Part shown: piece by piece, positions 48,019 to 58,583 of the stretch
How positions within the stretch are numbered: the first letter of the stretch is position 1
How the letters are laid out: every line of letters begins with the position of its first letter
From: Clostridia bacterium
GTDB lineage: Bacteria > Bacillota > Clostridia > Oscillospirales > CAG-272
DNA length: 64,000 nucleotides
NCBI GenBank assembly: GCA_017408585.1
Contig: JAFQUJ010000010.1
Location: forward strand, 433-64,432
Direction of reading: 5' to 3'
The notes under the pieces: model-generated
Told to the model about the DNA's origin: nothing
The model's database searches: none
What the model saw: only the letters and a program-made list of their open reading frames with translations
Made by a program: the position numbers and the translations under genes

Positions 48019-49965
48019 ATGGAAAATAAACTCTATTCATATAGCATAATGCCTCTTGATATGGAGCATTTTGAGGAGATTTGCCAAGATATAAAGCTTC
48101 AATACGAAAGTGGCGTTGCATCGTGCGCGCTGTTTTCAATGACGCTAGTCCCCGAGGGAACACCTCCCTCGAATAAAGCACAGCTTTTGTGCGAAAAATA
48201 TGGAAAATTTAAGGCTCGCCTAGCCGAAATGGGACTTAAATGTGGAATTTTGGTTCAAGCAAGCGTTGGACATGGTTGGATTTTAGGTGGAATGTTCCCC
48301 TATCAAACGCATGTAAACTTCACTGACGGAGTGGCAACTCGTGTTTGCTGCCCTATGGACGAGGGCTTTAAGAGCTACATTTATAATGTAATGCGCACAA
48401 TCGCATCATATGAGCCCGAGTGCATTATGGTCGATGACGATTTTCGCACAATTTGGTATAAGGGCGAGGGCTGTGCATGCCCATTACATATGAAGGCATT
48501 CAACGAAAGAGCACGCACAAGCCTAAATCGTGAACAACTCTGGGAAATCGTAAACGATAAAACAAATGAAAATCGTAAGCGCTATACCGATATATTTATT
48601 GACACTCAAAGAGATTCCCTTGTTGAAACTGCAAAAATCATGCGTGCTGGCATTGATAGCATAAATCCGTCACTTCCTGCATCATATTGCTGCTGCGGAA
48701 ATAATGCAGAATTTGCCTACGAAATTGCAAGCGTGCTTGCGGGCAAGGGAAACCCAATCACAGTAAGAATTAATAACGGAAATTATACCCCAACAGGCGC
48801 AAGATATTTTAGTAGAGTATTCCATCGTGCAGCAACTCAAATAGAGAAGCTAAGGGGCAAAGTGGATATTATTCTTGCCGAAACCGATACCTGTCCTCAA
48901 AATAGATACAGCACAGGTGCTATGTCCTTGCACACCCATTACACAGGAACAATCCTTGAGGGCGCAAAAGGCGCAAAGCATTGGATTACCAGAATGGTTT
49001 CCTTTGAAGAGCCAAGCGGAAGGGCATATAGACGAGTCCTCGGCTTACACCACAAATTTTACGAAAAGCTAGCCACCCTTGCCCCAACACTAAAATGGCG
49101 AGGATGCCGAATTTACATCCCTTCAACCCCCGACTTTACCTATGGCAGAGTTAAGGAGGAATGGGACGGTTGGAGCTATTGCGTGCTTGAAAGATTAGGA
49201 CTTCCAATGTATTTTTCAAGCCAAAATGGTGGTGTAGTATGCCTTGAGGGCGATGTCGATACACGCCTTGACGATAACCAAATTTTAGAAATTCTAAAGG
49301 GAAATGTTATTTTGGCATCAGATACCGCCCAAAATCTTATAAAACGAGGCTTTAAAAAATATCTTGGAGTAGATATCAGAGAATGGCAGGGCAAGCAACC
49401 GACAAGAGAAATCTTCTCTGACGGTATGCAAACAAAAATCCAAATGCACATAAAGGAGATAGTACCGCTGTCAAGTAATACTGTTGCCGACTCATATGTT
49501 TATAACTCGGTTGATTACGAAAATTATGAACCACTTTTCCCCGGTGCTACAATCTTTGAAAACGAGCTTGGTGGAAGAGTATTCGTATTTTGTGGCACTC
49601 CTGTGGCTGAATTTAATATTGTAGAGGCATTTTCGTTCCTTAACTATTCTAGAAAAGAACAGCTAATTCGCATACTTAAAATGACAGGAGAAATGCCACT
49701 TTATTATCCCGGTGACGAGGAGATATACTTGAAGTGCGCCGATATGGATGACGGAAGAGTATTTTGCGCTGTGTTTAATATAGGACTTGACCCTATCGAA
49801 AGACTTCAAATAGTGTGCGATTTCGAGGCTGCTACCTTTAAAATGCTACTCCCTAACGGAGAGGAAAAGGAGCTAGACTTTGAGCGTGATGGAAGCACCT
49901 ACACACTCGCAACTCCATGTAATATACTTGACCCTGTGATTTTGTTCATCGAAAAAAGGAGATAA
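48019..49965 (+). CDS. Large cytoplasmic protein of unknown family, Cys-rich, possibly carbohydrate-active
   Basis: 648 aa with RBS ACGGAGAA and no signal peptide. Motifs VCCPMDEGF, MVDDDFR, GCACPLHM and LAETDTCPQNRY. I cannot name a family. Confidence 0.4.
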   Translation: MENKLYSYSIMPLDMEHFEEICQDIKLQYESGVASCALFSMTLVPEGTPPSNKAQLLCEKYGKFKARLAEMGLKCGILVQASVGHGWILGGMFPYQTHVNFTDGVATRVCCPMDEGFKSYIYNVMRTIASYEPECIMVDDDFRTIWYKGEGCACPLHMKAFNERARTSLNREQLWEIVNDKTNENRKRYTDIFIDTQRDSLVETAKIMRAGIDSINPSLPASYCCCGNNAEFAYEIASVLAGKGNPITVRINNGNYTPTGARYFSRVFHRAATQIEKLRGKVDIILAETDTCPQNRYSTGAMSLHTHYTGTILEGAKGAKHWITRMVSFEEPSGRAYRRVLGLHHKFYEKLATLAPTLKWRGCRIYIPSTPDFTYGRVKEEWDGWSYCVLERLGLPMYFSSQNGGVVCLEGDVDTRLDDNQILEILKGNVILASDTAQNLIKRGFKKYLGVDIREWQGKQPTREIFSDGMQTKIQMHIKEIVPLSSNTVADSYVYNSVDYENYEPLFPGATIFENELGGRVFVFCGTPVAEFNIVEAFSFLNYSRKEQLIRILKMTGEMPLYYPGDEEIYLKCADMDDGRVFCAVFNIGLDPIERLQIVCDFEAATFKMLLPNGEEKELDFERDGSTYTLATPCNILDPVILFIEKRR

Positions 49966-49966
49966 A

Positions 49967-50590
49967 ATGACAAGGTATAAATATCCACGCACCCCACACC
50001 TTCCATTTTCTGAGGGCGCAACAGACGATGATAAAATTTTGACCTCTACTGCGCACCTTGAGGGCAAAATAGTTGTTGTCACCGAAAAAATGGATGGCGA
50101 AAACACCACAATTTATTGCGATCATTGTCATGCAAGAAGCATAGATAGTAAGCATAAGAGCTACCATTCGTGGCTTTTGTCATACATTCCTACCTTCCAA
50201 GCCCAAATTCCAAAGGGTTGGCGAATTTGTGCCGAATATCTGTATGCTACACACTCAATAAAATATGAAAATCTAGACACATTCCTTATGGTTTTCTCAA
50301 TTTGGAACGATAAAAACGAAGCGCTCTCTTGGGAAAAAACGAAGGAAATTGCACAAGAGATGGGACTACAAACCGTCCCCGTAATTTATGAGGGTATATA
50401 TGATGAGCAAAAAATAAAGTCAATTGCGAGCGAGGTTGTAGAGCGAGGCGGAGAGGGAATAGTTGTTAGAATTTGCGATAGCTTTCATTATGATAGCTTT
50501 TCAACCTCGGTTGCCAAATTCGTAAGACATGGTCATATCCAAACAAACGCAGAATGGAACGGAACTGAAAAAAATAAGCTTAAAAAATAA
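49967..50590 (+). CDS. RNA ligase family protein (stand-alone adenylyltransferase domain)
   Basis: 207 aa. YPRTPHL, motif I EKMDGEN (Lys41), motif IV GGEGIVVR and motif V VAKFVRHGH. A strong RBS AAGGAG lies inside the end of the upstream gene. The start is 1 nt after the upstream stop. Confidence 0.8.
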   Translation: MTRYKYPRTPHLPFSEGATDDDKILTSTAHLEGKIVVVTEKMDGENTTIYCDHCHARSIDSKHKSYHSWLLSYIPTFQAQIPKGWRICAEYLYATHSIKYENLDTFLMVFSIWNDKNEALSWEKTKEIAQEMGLQTVPVIYEGIYDEQKIKSIASEVVERGGEGIVVRICDSFHYDSFSTSVAKFVRHGHIQTNAEWNGTEKNKLKK

Positions 50591-50617
50591 AAATGGCACA
50601 CAGAGTGTGCCATTTTT
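50591..50617. terminator. Bidirectional terminator
   Basis: AAATGGCACAC / GTGTGCCATTT 11-bp stem with an AGA loop and flanking A/T runs. Confidence 0.75.
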
Positions 50618-50625
50618 GCCGTTTT

Positions 50626-51417
50626 TTAAAAATTAAAGTATTTTTTGAATACGCCAAGAGCGTCAAAATCACCCTTGAGTAGCTCTTCCCAATAGAAAAC
50701 GAAATAGCGAAAATCGTCCTTGTTTTCAATGGCGTTAAGTCCGTTCCAAAGCCCATTATATGCCCCTGTATTGCATTTAGGGATTAGAAAAACAGTAGTG
50801 CTTTTTGCGTCACATGGCGAAAGACTAACATTTCTTACCACCTGATAATGCTTCAAATAGCTATCCTCGCTGATTTTTACCTTGCTATAAAATTTTTTGT
50901 ATCTATCTCTATAAACGCTTAGCACCTCGTCGAACGAGAGCCCCTTTCTGTATAGAGAAGCACTTCCAAAATCATTCTCCGTGTACTTTATTTCAAAAAA
51001 TATATGTCCGCCATCTTTTAGGTGAATAGCAAAATCCACATTCGTGCCGTCCTCGGTTATGTATTCAAATTCAGCCCCAATCGGCTCTCCAAAGCTGTAT
51101 TTTTCACAAAACGCCCTTAGCAGAGCACTGTTTTCAATAAGCCTGTAAAAATATGAAATGCACAAAATCTGCGAGGAATTTAGATGATACCAATTAGTAT
51201 GTAGCTTGATTGGCTCATGCTTGATTTTTGTAAAAAACAGCACACTCCCCTCAACCTTATACGCATCACTAGGAATTAGAGAAAACGCCATTAGCCTTTC
51301 TTGATCACATAAAATATGTCCATATTCTATGCCACGAAAGCACCCACAGCGAGTAGTGCCTAATACATCACGCTTGTAATTTTCCAAATGCTCAAAAACC
51401 TTGTTTTTAAATTCCAT
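50626..51417 (-). CDS. PD-(D/E)XK nuclease-like protein (restriction-endonuclease fold), orphan
   Basis: 263 aa. Candidate catalytic core VDFAIHLKDGGHIFFEIKYTE (D...E-x-K with 14-aa spacing), preceded by HLNSSQILCISYF. No methyltransferase gene is nearby. Confidence 0.5.
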   Translation of the reverse strand: MEFKNKVFEHLENYKRDVLGTTRCGCFRGIEYGHILCDQERLMAFSLIPSDAYKVEGSVLFFTKIKHEPIKLHTNWYHLNSSQILCISYFYRLIENSALLRAFCEKYSFGEPIGAEFEYITEDGTNVDFAIHLKDGGHIFFEIKYTENDFGSASLYRKGLSFDEVLSVYRDRYKKFYSKVKISEDSYLKHYQVVRNVSLSPCDAKSTTVFLIPKCNTGAYNGLWNGLNAIENKDDFRYFVFYWEELLKGDFDALGVFKKYFNF

Positions 51418-51500
51418 AAAAGCTCCTTAAAATGATAGATACACTTATAAATACGCTATTTTTTGTAAAAATTAAGCGTGTAATGCTCAAAATAAATGAC

Positions 51501-51523
51501 AAAAGCCTCATGTGAGGCTTTTG
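51501..51523 (-). terminator. Terminator of the thioredoxin/rhodanese operon
   Basis: AAAGCCTCA / TGAGGCTTT stem. On the minus strand it is followed by a T-rich tract. Confidence 0.65.
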
Positions 51524-51952
51524 CTATTGTACAATCTCGTATGGCCAGGTGATAATTCCGCCAAATTCCTTTACATTAGTGTAGCCAAGCTCAACCAGTG
51601 CCTGCGCGGCAATCTTGCTACGCCTACCACTTCTGCAATATACCAAAATCAAGGTGTCCTTGTCACTTGGTAGCTTGTCCTGCGAGGACTTGATTTCATA
51701 TTCCGGAATCATGATAGCACCCTCAATGTGTCCCGTGTCAAATTCATTTTGGGTGCGTGAGTCGATGATTATATAATCGTCCTCTGTGTCCATTATCGCC
51801 TTTGCGTCAGCTTGACTTATTTGCTCATAGCTTATCATAGAACTACTTTCCGTACTGGTTTCCTCCGTACTGGTTTCTTCATTTTTGTCACCGCAAGAAA
51901 AAAGCAAAACACAAGACATTACAAGAAGAGCACATAAAATAATCCTTTTCAT
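51524..51952 (-). CDS. Rhodanese-domain lipoprotein
   Basis: 142 aa with signal peptide and lipobox LLFSCGD. The rhodanese domain has an active-site loop CRSGRRS. Confidence 0.8.
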   Translation of the reverse strand: MKRIILCALLVMSCVLLFSCGDKNEETSTEETSTESSSMISYEQISQADAKAIMDTEDDYIIIDSRTQNEFDTGHIEGAIMIPEYEIKSSQDKLPSDKDTLILVYCRSGRRSKIAAQALVELGYTNVKEFGGIITWPYEIVQ

Positions 51953-52257
51953 TATTTAAGAAGCTCCAAAATCTGCGCCTTTGTGCGATAGCCGGTTGTT
52001 TTGCTAACAATCTCGCCATTCTTTATAACTACAAGAGTAGGAATTACAGAAATTCCAAACTCAATTGCGAGATTTGTTGCGGTATCAACATTAACCTTTG
52101 CAACGATAATGTCATTGCGTTCACTCGCAATTTCCTCAATAATTGGGGCAATCATCTTGCAAGGACCACACCAATCGGCATAAAAATCCAAAAGAACAAC
52201 CTTACCCTCTCCCTTGATTTTTTCAAATTCATTTTTGTCAACATGTAAAACAGCCAT
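51952..52257 (-). CDS. trxA: Thioredoxin
   Basis: 101 aa with the WCGPCK active site. Confidence 0.92.
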   Translation of the reverse strand: MAVLHVDKNEFEKIKGEGKVVLLDFYADWCGPCKMIAPIIEEIASERNDIIVAKVNVDTATNLAIEFGISVIPTLVVIKNGEIVSKTTGYRTKAQILELLK

Positions 52258-52267
52258 AAAAACCTCC

Positions 52268-52471
52268 TTAATTCTTTGATTTATAATAGAGCATACAGTG
52301 GCAATACCCTTCGAAATCGGGGTCAGCCATCTGCTCTCTGAATTCCTTGCAAATGCACTTTGTGTCCTCTGTGCGCTCTAGGCGACAAGGACAATATCCA
52401 CCCTTTTCCTTTAACCCTTCCTTTATGGCACGCACAACCTCAGCGTCCTCGTTTAACCGAATTTTTCCCAT
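52268..52471 (-). CDS. Ferredoxin-thioredoxin-reductase catalytic-subunit-like mini protein
   Basis: 67 aa with the Cys pattern CPC-x10-CIC-x16-CHC, reminiscent of the FTR beta-chain CPC...CPC...CHC cluster/disulfide motif. Confidence 0.6.
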   Translation of the reverse strand: MGKIRLNEDAEVVRAIKEGLKEKGGYCPCRLERTEDTKCICKEFREQMADPDFEGYCHCMLYYKSKN

Positions 52472-52611
52472 TTTACTCTCCTTTAATATCTTTTTATCTC
52501 TCTATATATCAATTATATCATAAAAAAGAGTAATAATCAATATTTTATATTGAAATTTTTATTGTAAAGTGTTATACTTAAGTCAGTTGATGAGCTTAAA
52601 GGAGAAACTTT

Positions 52612-53466
52612 ATGAAAGCAACTGAAATTAATATAAGAGATCCATTTGTCTTAGTCCATGAGGGTAAATATTATATGTATGGCACAAGGGCGCAAAACAC
52701 TTGGGAAAGAGTTGATCTTAACCAAAACGGCTTCGATGTTTACGAGAGCGACGACCTTGAAAATTGGAGCGAGCCAAAGCCCATATTTGAACACTTTGAC
52801 GGATTTTGGGGCGACAGACAATTCTGGGCGCCCGAGGTACACTACTATAATGGTAAATTTTATCTTTTCGCTTCGTTTATAGGAGATGGCTATCATAGAG
52901 GCACAGCAATATTTGTGTGCGATACACCGAACGGACGCTTTGCGGAGCATTCAAGAGGAGCAGTAACTCCTGCCGATTGGGAATGCCTTGATGGCACACT
53001 CTATATCGAGGACGGAGTGCCATATATCGTGTTCTGCCATGAGTGGACACAAATAAAGGATGGCGAAATGTGCGCGCTAAGGCTAAGCGACGACTTGAAG
53101 GAAAGCATCGGTGAGCCAATTGTGCTATGGCACGCAAGTGACCCAAGCTGGAGATACGATATAAAAGAGGGTGAGGGCTGTTATGTAACAGATGGCCCAT
53201 TCCATATAAAAGAGGCAAAAGGACTTGTCTTTATGTGGTCAAGCTTTTCAAAGGGCGAGTATGTAGAAGCTCTTGCGCGCTCCGATAACGGAAAAATCAC
53301 AGGCAAATTCATAATTGACGAAAATCTGCTTTTCGATAAGGACGGAGGACACGGAATGACCTTCTGCGACCTTGACGGAAATATGCTTTTCGTATATCAC
53401 GCACCAAATGAAACCCCACTTGAGCGTCCATGTATGCGCAAGGTAACCCCAGATATGTTTGATTAA
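52612..53466 (+). CDS. Glycoside hydrolase family 43
   Basis: 284 aa. Motifs IRDPFVLVHEGKYYMYGT, FWAPEVHYYNGKFYLF and DGTLYIEDGVPYIV. Confidence 0.8.
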   Translation: MKATEINIRDPFVLVHEGKYYMYGTRAQNTWERVDLNQNGFDVYESDDLENWSEPKPIFEHFDGFWGDRQFWAPEVHYYNGKFYLFASFIGDGYHRGTAIFVCDTPNGRFAEHSRGAVTPADWECLDGTLYIEDGVPYIVFCHEWTQIKDGEMCALRLSDDLKESIGEPIVLWHASDPSWRYDIKEGEGCYVTDGPFHIKEAKGLVFMWSSFSKGEYVEALARSDNGKITGKFIIDENLLFDKDGGHGMTFCDLDGNMLFVYHAPNETPLERPCMRKVTPDMFD

Positions 53467-53478
53467 GGAGAAAAAATA

Positions 53479-54945
53479 ATGAAGCAAATGTTCAACCCAT
53501 TTTTACCACTAAACGAATACATTCCCGATGGTGAGCCACATGTTTTTGGCGATAGAGTATATGTTTATGGCTCTCACGATATGGAGGGCGGAGACTTTTT
53601 CTGTATGCTCGATTATGTTACATATTCAGCTCCCGTCGATAATTTAAAGGATTGGAGATACGAGGGTGTAATTTATAAGGCGTCACAAGACCCTGACTAT
53701 AAAAATCATAGATATATGTACGCACCCGATGTTGTGCAAGGAAACGATGGAAAATATTATCTTTTCTATTCACTTGCCGATCGCCACGAGTGTAGCTATC
53801 TTATGAGTGTTGCCGTATCCGATTCTCCTGCCGGCCCATTCGAGTTCCATGGCTATGTTAAAAAGCCCGATGGTACGCCTCTTCAGGATTTTATAATCTT
53901 TGACCCGGGCGTAATAAATGATAACGGACACATTTACCTCTATTATGGCGTGTGGTACGATTTCGACGAAAACCCCAATTACACAAAGGAGCAAAGCCTT
54001 AAAAAGCAAGCCGAAATGTATCATAAAACGATTGAGGAAATCGAGGCTACCGAGGGTGGAGTTCAAGGCCCTGTATTTGTTGAGCTATGCGACGATATGC
54101 TAACCATCAAGCACACACCAAGACACATTTTCCCAATTATCTATAAGGGTACAGACTTCGAGGGCTACGAATTCTTCGAGGCAAGCTCAATTCGCAAAAT
54201 CGGCAAAAAGTATTACTTTATTTACTCAACCTTCAATCAGCACGAGCTAGCGTATGCAACAAGTGATTACCCCGATAGAGATTTTAAATTTGGCGGAGTA
54301 ATCATTTCAAATGGTGACATAGGCTATAACGGAAGAAGAGCCGAGGATAGACTCACCCGTACAGGCAACAACCACGGAAGCATTGAAAACATAAATGGTG
54401 AGTGGTATATTTTCTACCATCGCCATACTCATAAGGCAGACTATTCTCGTCAGGCGTGTGCTGAGAAAATTCAAATTCTCGAGGACGGCTCAATCCCACA
54501 GGTTGAGATAACCTCATGTGGCTTAAATGACGGACCACTTGTTGCAAAGGGAGAATACCCTGCGATAATCTGCTGTAATCTTACCACAGGCAAAATGCCT
54601 CATAGCTTCGACGCTATGAACGCTCAGCTCCCATATATCGTTTATCGTGACGGAGAAAGATTTATCACCGATATCGAGGACAATACCCTGATTGGATATA
54701 AATACTTCGACTTCAAGGGACAAACCAAGATTGGCGTTACACTAAGGGACGGAAAAATCACACCAAAGGGCGAGATTTGGGTGTCAACCGTTGAAAGAGG
54801 AGAGCCTATTGCAAAAATCACAATTGATAACAAGTGTGATTGGCATACCCTGTTTACCACCATTAATGTAAATGGCGCTCTTCCACTATATCTAACCTAT
54901 CACGGAGAGGGCTATGTCGAAATTAAGGATATAATTCTAGACTAA
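53479..54945 (+). CDS. Glycoside hydrolase family 43 with a C-terminal beta-sandwich domain
   Basis: 488 aa. Motifs NPFLPLNEYIPDGEPHVFGDRVYVYGSHD, YAPDVVQGNDGKYYLFY and FEASSIRKIGKKYYFIYS. Confidence 0.75.
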   Translation: MKQMFNPFLPLNEYIPDGEPHVFGDRVYVYGSHDMEGGDFFCMLDYVTYSAPVDNLKDWRYEGVIYKASQDPDYKNHRYMYAPDVVQGNDGKYYLFYSLADRHECSYLMSVAVSDSPAGPFEFHGYVKKPDGTPLQDFIIFDPGVINDNGHIYLYYGVWYDFDENPNYTKEQSLKKQAEMYHKTIEEIEATEGGVQGPVFVELCDDMLTIKHTPRHIFPIIYKGTDFEGYEFFEASSIRKIGKKYYFIYSTFNQHELAYATSDYPDRDFKFGGVIISNGDIGYNGRRAEDRLTRTGNNHGSIENINGEWYIFYHRHTHKADYSRQACAEKIQILEDGSIPQVEITSCGLNDGPLVAKGEYPAIICCNLTTGKMPHSFDAMNAQLPYIVYRDGERFITDIEDNTLIGYKYFDFKGQTKIGVTLRDGKITPKGEIWVSTVERGEPIAKITIDNKCDWHTLFTTINVNGALPLYLTYHGEGYVEIKDIILD

Positions 54946-54969
54946 TTAGCCTATCAAAAGGAGAAAAGT

Positions 54970-56517
54970 ATGTCAAAAACAGCTATAATTATAGGTGCAG
55001 GCCCGGCAGGACTTACCTGTGCCTATAAGCTACTCACTGAAACAGACATAACACCTATAATTCTCGAGGAAAGCGAGTATATAGGTGGTATTTCTCGTAC
55101 AGCCGAGTATAAGGGAAACAGAATGGACCTTGGCGGACATCGCTTTTTCTCCAAAAATGAGGAAATAAACGCTCTGTGGCAAAGACTGATGCCACTTCAA
55201 GGCGCACCATCATATGACGATAAGGTGCTAGGCGTCGAAAAGCCACTTGCAAACGAAGGTCCTGACCCCGAGTGCGAGGAAAGAGTAATGCTCCTTCGCA
55301 ATCGTCTGTCAAGAATTTTGTTCCTTCATAAATTCTTTGACTATCCAATATCACTCAAATTCAGCACCCTCAAAAATATGGGCTTTTGTCGCACGATGAA
55401 GGTCGGCTTTGGCTATCTTAAAAGCGCAATTTTCAAAAAGGAAGAGTCCTCGCTTGAAAACTTTTACATAAATCGCTTTGGTCGCCCCTTGTACGAGATG
55501 TTTTTCGAGGATTACACCGAAAATTTATGGGGCAGACACCCATCTCAAATCTCTGCCGAATGGGGCGCGCAAAGAGTAAAGGGACTCTCGCTCTCAAAGG
55601 CAATCTTGAATGTCATAACCAAGCCCTTCAAGCCTAAGAGCAAGGTTGAAACCTCGCTTATTGAGCAGTATTTTTATCCCAAGCGTGGGCCGGGTCAGCT
55701 GTGGGAATTTTTGGCAGAGGATATAAAAAGCCTCGGTGGAAAAATCATAATGAACGCTCGTGTCAAATCCCTTACACTAAACGACGACCAAACTCAAATA
55801 ACTAGCGTCACAACGGAAAATGGCGAGAGCTTTGAGGCGGATATGTTCTTTTCAAGCATGCCGGTTAAGGATTTAGTTGACGGAATAGAAAACGAAGTGC
55901 CAACCGACATAAGAAGAATTGCGCACAATCTCCCGTATCGTGATTATATCACCGTCGGGCTTTTGGTGAATAAATTAAAGCTTGAAAATAAAACCAAAAT
56001 AAAAACTCTAAACGGCTCTGTGCCTGACTGCTGGATTTACATTCAGGAAAGAGAGGTCAAGCTCGGACGCCTTCAAATCTTCAATAATTGGTCACCCTAT
56101 ATGGTAAACGATCCCGAAAATACCGTATGGCTCGGCCTTGAATACTTCTGTAACGAGGGCGACGAGCTATGGGAAATGACCGATAGCGATTTTATCGAAT
56201 TCGCTAAGGACGAGCTTGCGAAAATAAATGTAATCGACAAGGATGATGTCCTTGACGCAAACAGAATAAGGGTCAAAAAGGCATACCCTGCGTATTTTGA
56301 TACCTATAATGAATTCGATACCCTAAGAGAATACCTTGATAAAATAACAAACCTTTGGTGCATCGGCAGAAATGGCCAGCACCGATATAATAACATGGAC
56401 CACTCAATGCTAACCGCTATCGAGGCTGTTCGTGCAGTAAAAGAGGGAAGCACTGATAAGTCAATAGTATGGAGTGTAAACACTGAAAAGGAATATCATG
56501 AAAGCGCTAAAAAATAA
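54970..56517 (+). CDS. NAD(P)/FAD-dependent oxidoreductase (amine-oxidase / UDP-galactopyranose-mutase-like fold)
   Basis: 515 aa. Dinucleotide motif [14 protein letters not shown]...LEE, then GGISRT...[14 protein letters not shown]. Confidence 0.7.
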   Translation: MSKTAIIIGAGPAGLTCAYKLLTETDITPIILEESEYIGGISRTAEYKGNRMDLGGHRFFSKNEEINALWQRLMPLQGAPSYDDKVLGVEKPLANEGPDPECEERVMLLRNRLSRILFLHKFFDYPISLKFSTLKNMGFCRTMKVGFGYLKSAIFKKEESSLENFYINRFGRPLYEMFFEDYTENLWGRHPSQISAEWGAQRVKGLSLSKAILNVITKPFKPKSKVETSLIEQYFYPKRGPGQLWEFLAEDIKSLGGKIIMNARVKSLTLNDDQTQITSVTTENGESFEADMFFSSMPVKDLVDGIENEVPTDIRRIAHNLPYRDYITVGLLVNKLKLENKTKIKTLNGSVPDCWIYIQEREVKLGRLQIFNNWSPYMVNDPENTVWLGLEYFCNEGDELWEMTDSDFIEFAKDELAKINVIDKDDVLDANRIRVKKAYPAYFDTYNEFDTLREYLDKITNLWCIGRNGQHRYNNMDHSMLTAIEAVRAVKEGSTDKSIVWSVNTEKEYHESAKK

Positions 56518-58576
56518 ATTAATAGCCCTGTGGCAAAGCGCCATAGCACGAAGGGTCATAATAGGCGTTATAATTCTTGTGTCCGTCTTACTATTCGAGC
56601 TTTTTATCTCAAATATAGGCATGGCTTTTGTCGATAAGGACGAGTGTATAACGGACTATGAGGCACTAGACCAAAACATAACGCTTAAAAATGGTAAAAG
56701 CACAAGCTATACCTTGGTATTTCCGTCAAGTGAAGCGTATGCAATTCGCATAAGCTCAAGCGCTAAGACGGATTTTCAAGAGCCAATTAAGCTTGAAATA
56801 AAGGCGTATGACGAAAAACGCTCGCAAGCCATTCGCACAATGGTAACTACATATATCTCTCCTAACAGAGATAAGCTCGTGCTTTTGGACTATACCTCGC
56901 CTGATAATAGCAATACCATAGTGATAAGCCTAAGCGAGATTACAGGCGATGCGCAAATAACAAGTATTGTTGTAAACCCGTCAAGCACATTTCGCTTTAA
57001 TACATTGAGATTTTTTATAGTATTGCTTATCGCAATGGCAATATATCTTGTTAAGCTGTTCACTCTGGATAAGGAGCTTTTCGATTTCGCGAAAAGAAAG
57101 CACCGTGTGACAGGAATTGTAACAATCTCTATATGCCTTTTGGGCGTTCTTTTGTATTGTGTGCTCTTTGTAGGAATAGGAAAAGGCTACGATTACCCAC
57201 TTAGTAGCTCTCTTAATTATTATGACCCCTATACGCAACAATTCGATGCGTTTTTAAAGGGACAGCTACATATAGATTATCCTGTAAGCGAAGAGCTTTT
57301 AGAACTTGAAAATCCATATGATTATGGTCAGCGACAGGGAATTAGCTATATGTGGGATAGAGCCATGTACGAGGGAAAATATTATTCCTACTTTGGCATA
57401 GCCCCTATTTTAAATCTATATTTTCCACACTATCTGTTAACAGGAAAAATAATAAGCGCAGGGGCAGTTAAAACAATATATGCTCTTATCGCTACATTCT
57501 TTTCTTGCGCGTCACTTTATGCGTTTGTTGAAATTTTCAAAAAGAAGGTAAGCGTGTCAATGCTATCGCTTTTGTCGCTTACTATCACCATCTGCTCAGG
57601 CGTTATGCTCATGGCGCGCTCAACTGCGCATTTTTATTATATTGCTGTAATTTCTGCCATGGCGTATATGTCGCAGTTTATATTTTTTATGCTACTCGCA
57701 ATAAGAGAAAAGCATAAAATTCTACGCCCCGTGCTTTTTGCACTTGCAGGGGCAAACTATGCAATGCTGTTTTTGTCAAGAGTAAATATGGCGCTCCTTT
57801 GTGCTTTTATCGTTCTTCCAACGCTATACTTTGTAATGCTCAAGAATAACGCAAGCCTTGAAAAGTGCCACAATGTATGCGTGGAACGCACAACAAAAGA
57901 GAAAATAATAGACCTTAGCGCACTTGGCTCACTTGTTATTGTTGCTGTAATTTTTACAATGATATATAATAATGCTCGCTTTGATAGCCCGTTTGAGTTT
58001 GGTGCAAAATATCAGCTCACAGTAAGTGATGTATCTAAAAACAAAATAGATTTTTCGTCATTTACTCAAATGCTGTATCATTCATTTATTCAGCCCTTTA
58101 AGACAAGTGGAAGCTTCCCGTTTTTTACGCTTCAGCTCCAAAATCTAAATAATTATGGTGGCTATCTCTATGTAGATGCAGGAATGGGACTTTTCGCAAT
58201 ACCATTTATGCTCGCAATATTTTTGGGCATTCCTGTGTTTAAAAGCAAGGAGAAAGCACCATTTGCTAAATGGCTTTGCGCTATGCTTTTCGTAGGAGTG
58301 CTTGTTATCTCAATTATGAACTTCTATATAGGTGGCGTAATATATCGCTATACCTGTGACATAACCCTGCTTTGCGCCCTTGCGTGTGCGATATTTATTA
58401 TTTCATTTAATGAAAATATTTGTAACTCAAATGGAGCTAAGGTTATTTTAGGCGCAGAGAAGGCTCTGATTATTGTGTCAATATTTATATCACTAAATGT
58501 CCTTTGCTCCCTTCATGGCTATCTTGCAAATGTCAGCGCCGATAGCTTTGTAATGGTTGAGGAACTATTTAGATAG
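56498..58576 (+). CDS. Polytopic membrane protein, GT-C-like (putative lipid-linked sugar transferase)
   Basis: 692 aa. One N-terminal TM helix, an extracytoplasmic domain of about 140 aa, then 10 or more TM helices. Overlaps the oxidoreductase gene by 20 nt. Confidence 0.5.
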   Translation: MKALKNKLIALWQSAIARRVIIGVIILVSVLLFELFISNIGMAFVDKDECITDYEALDQNITLKNGKSTSYTLVFPSSEAYAIRISSSAKTDFQEPIKLEIKAYDEKRSQAIRTMVTTYISPNRDKLVLLDYTSPDNSNTIVISLSEITGDAQITSIVVNPSSTFRFNTLRFFIVLLIAMAIYLVKLFTLDKELFDFAKRKHRVTGIVTISICLLGVLLYCVLFVGIGKGYDYPLSSSLNYYDPYTQQFDAFLKGQLHIDYPVSEELLELENPYDYGQRQGISYMWDRAMYEGKYYSYFGIAPILNLYFPHYLLTGKIISAGAVKTIYALIATFFSCASLYAFVEIFKKKVSVSMLSLLSLTITICSGVMLMARSTAHFYYIAVISAMAYMSQFIFFMLLAIREKHKILRPVLFALAGANYAMLFLSRVNMALLCAFIVLPTLYFVMLKNNASLEKCHNVCVERTTKEKIIDLSALGSLVIVAVIFTMIYNNARFDSPFEFGAKYQLTVSDVSKNKIDFSSFTQMLYHSFIQPFKTSGSFPFFTLQLQNLNNYGGYLYVDAGMGLFAIPFMLAIFLGIPVFKSKEKAPFAKWLCAMLFVGVLVISIMNFYIGGVIYRYTCDITLLCALACAIFIISFNENICNSNGAKVILGAEKALIIVSIFISLNVLCSLHGYLANVSADSFVMVEELFR

Positions 58577-58583
58577 GAGAAAA

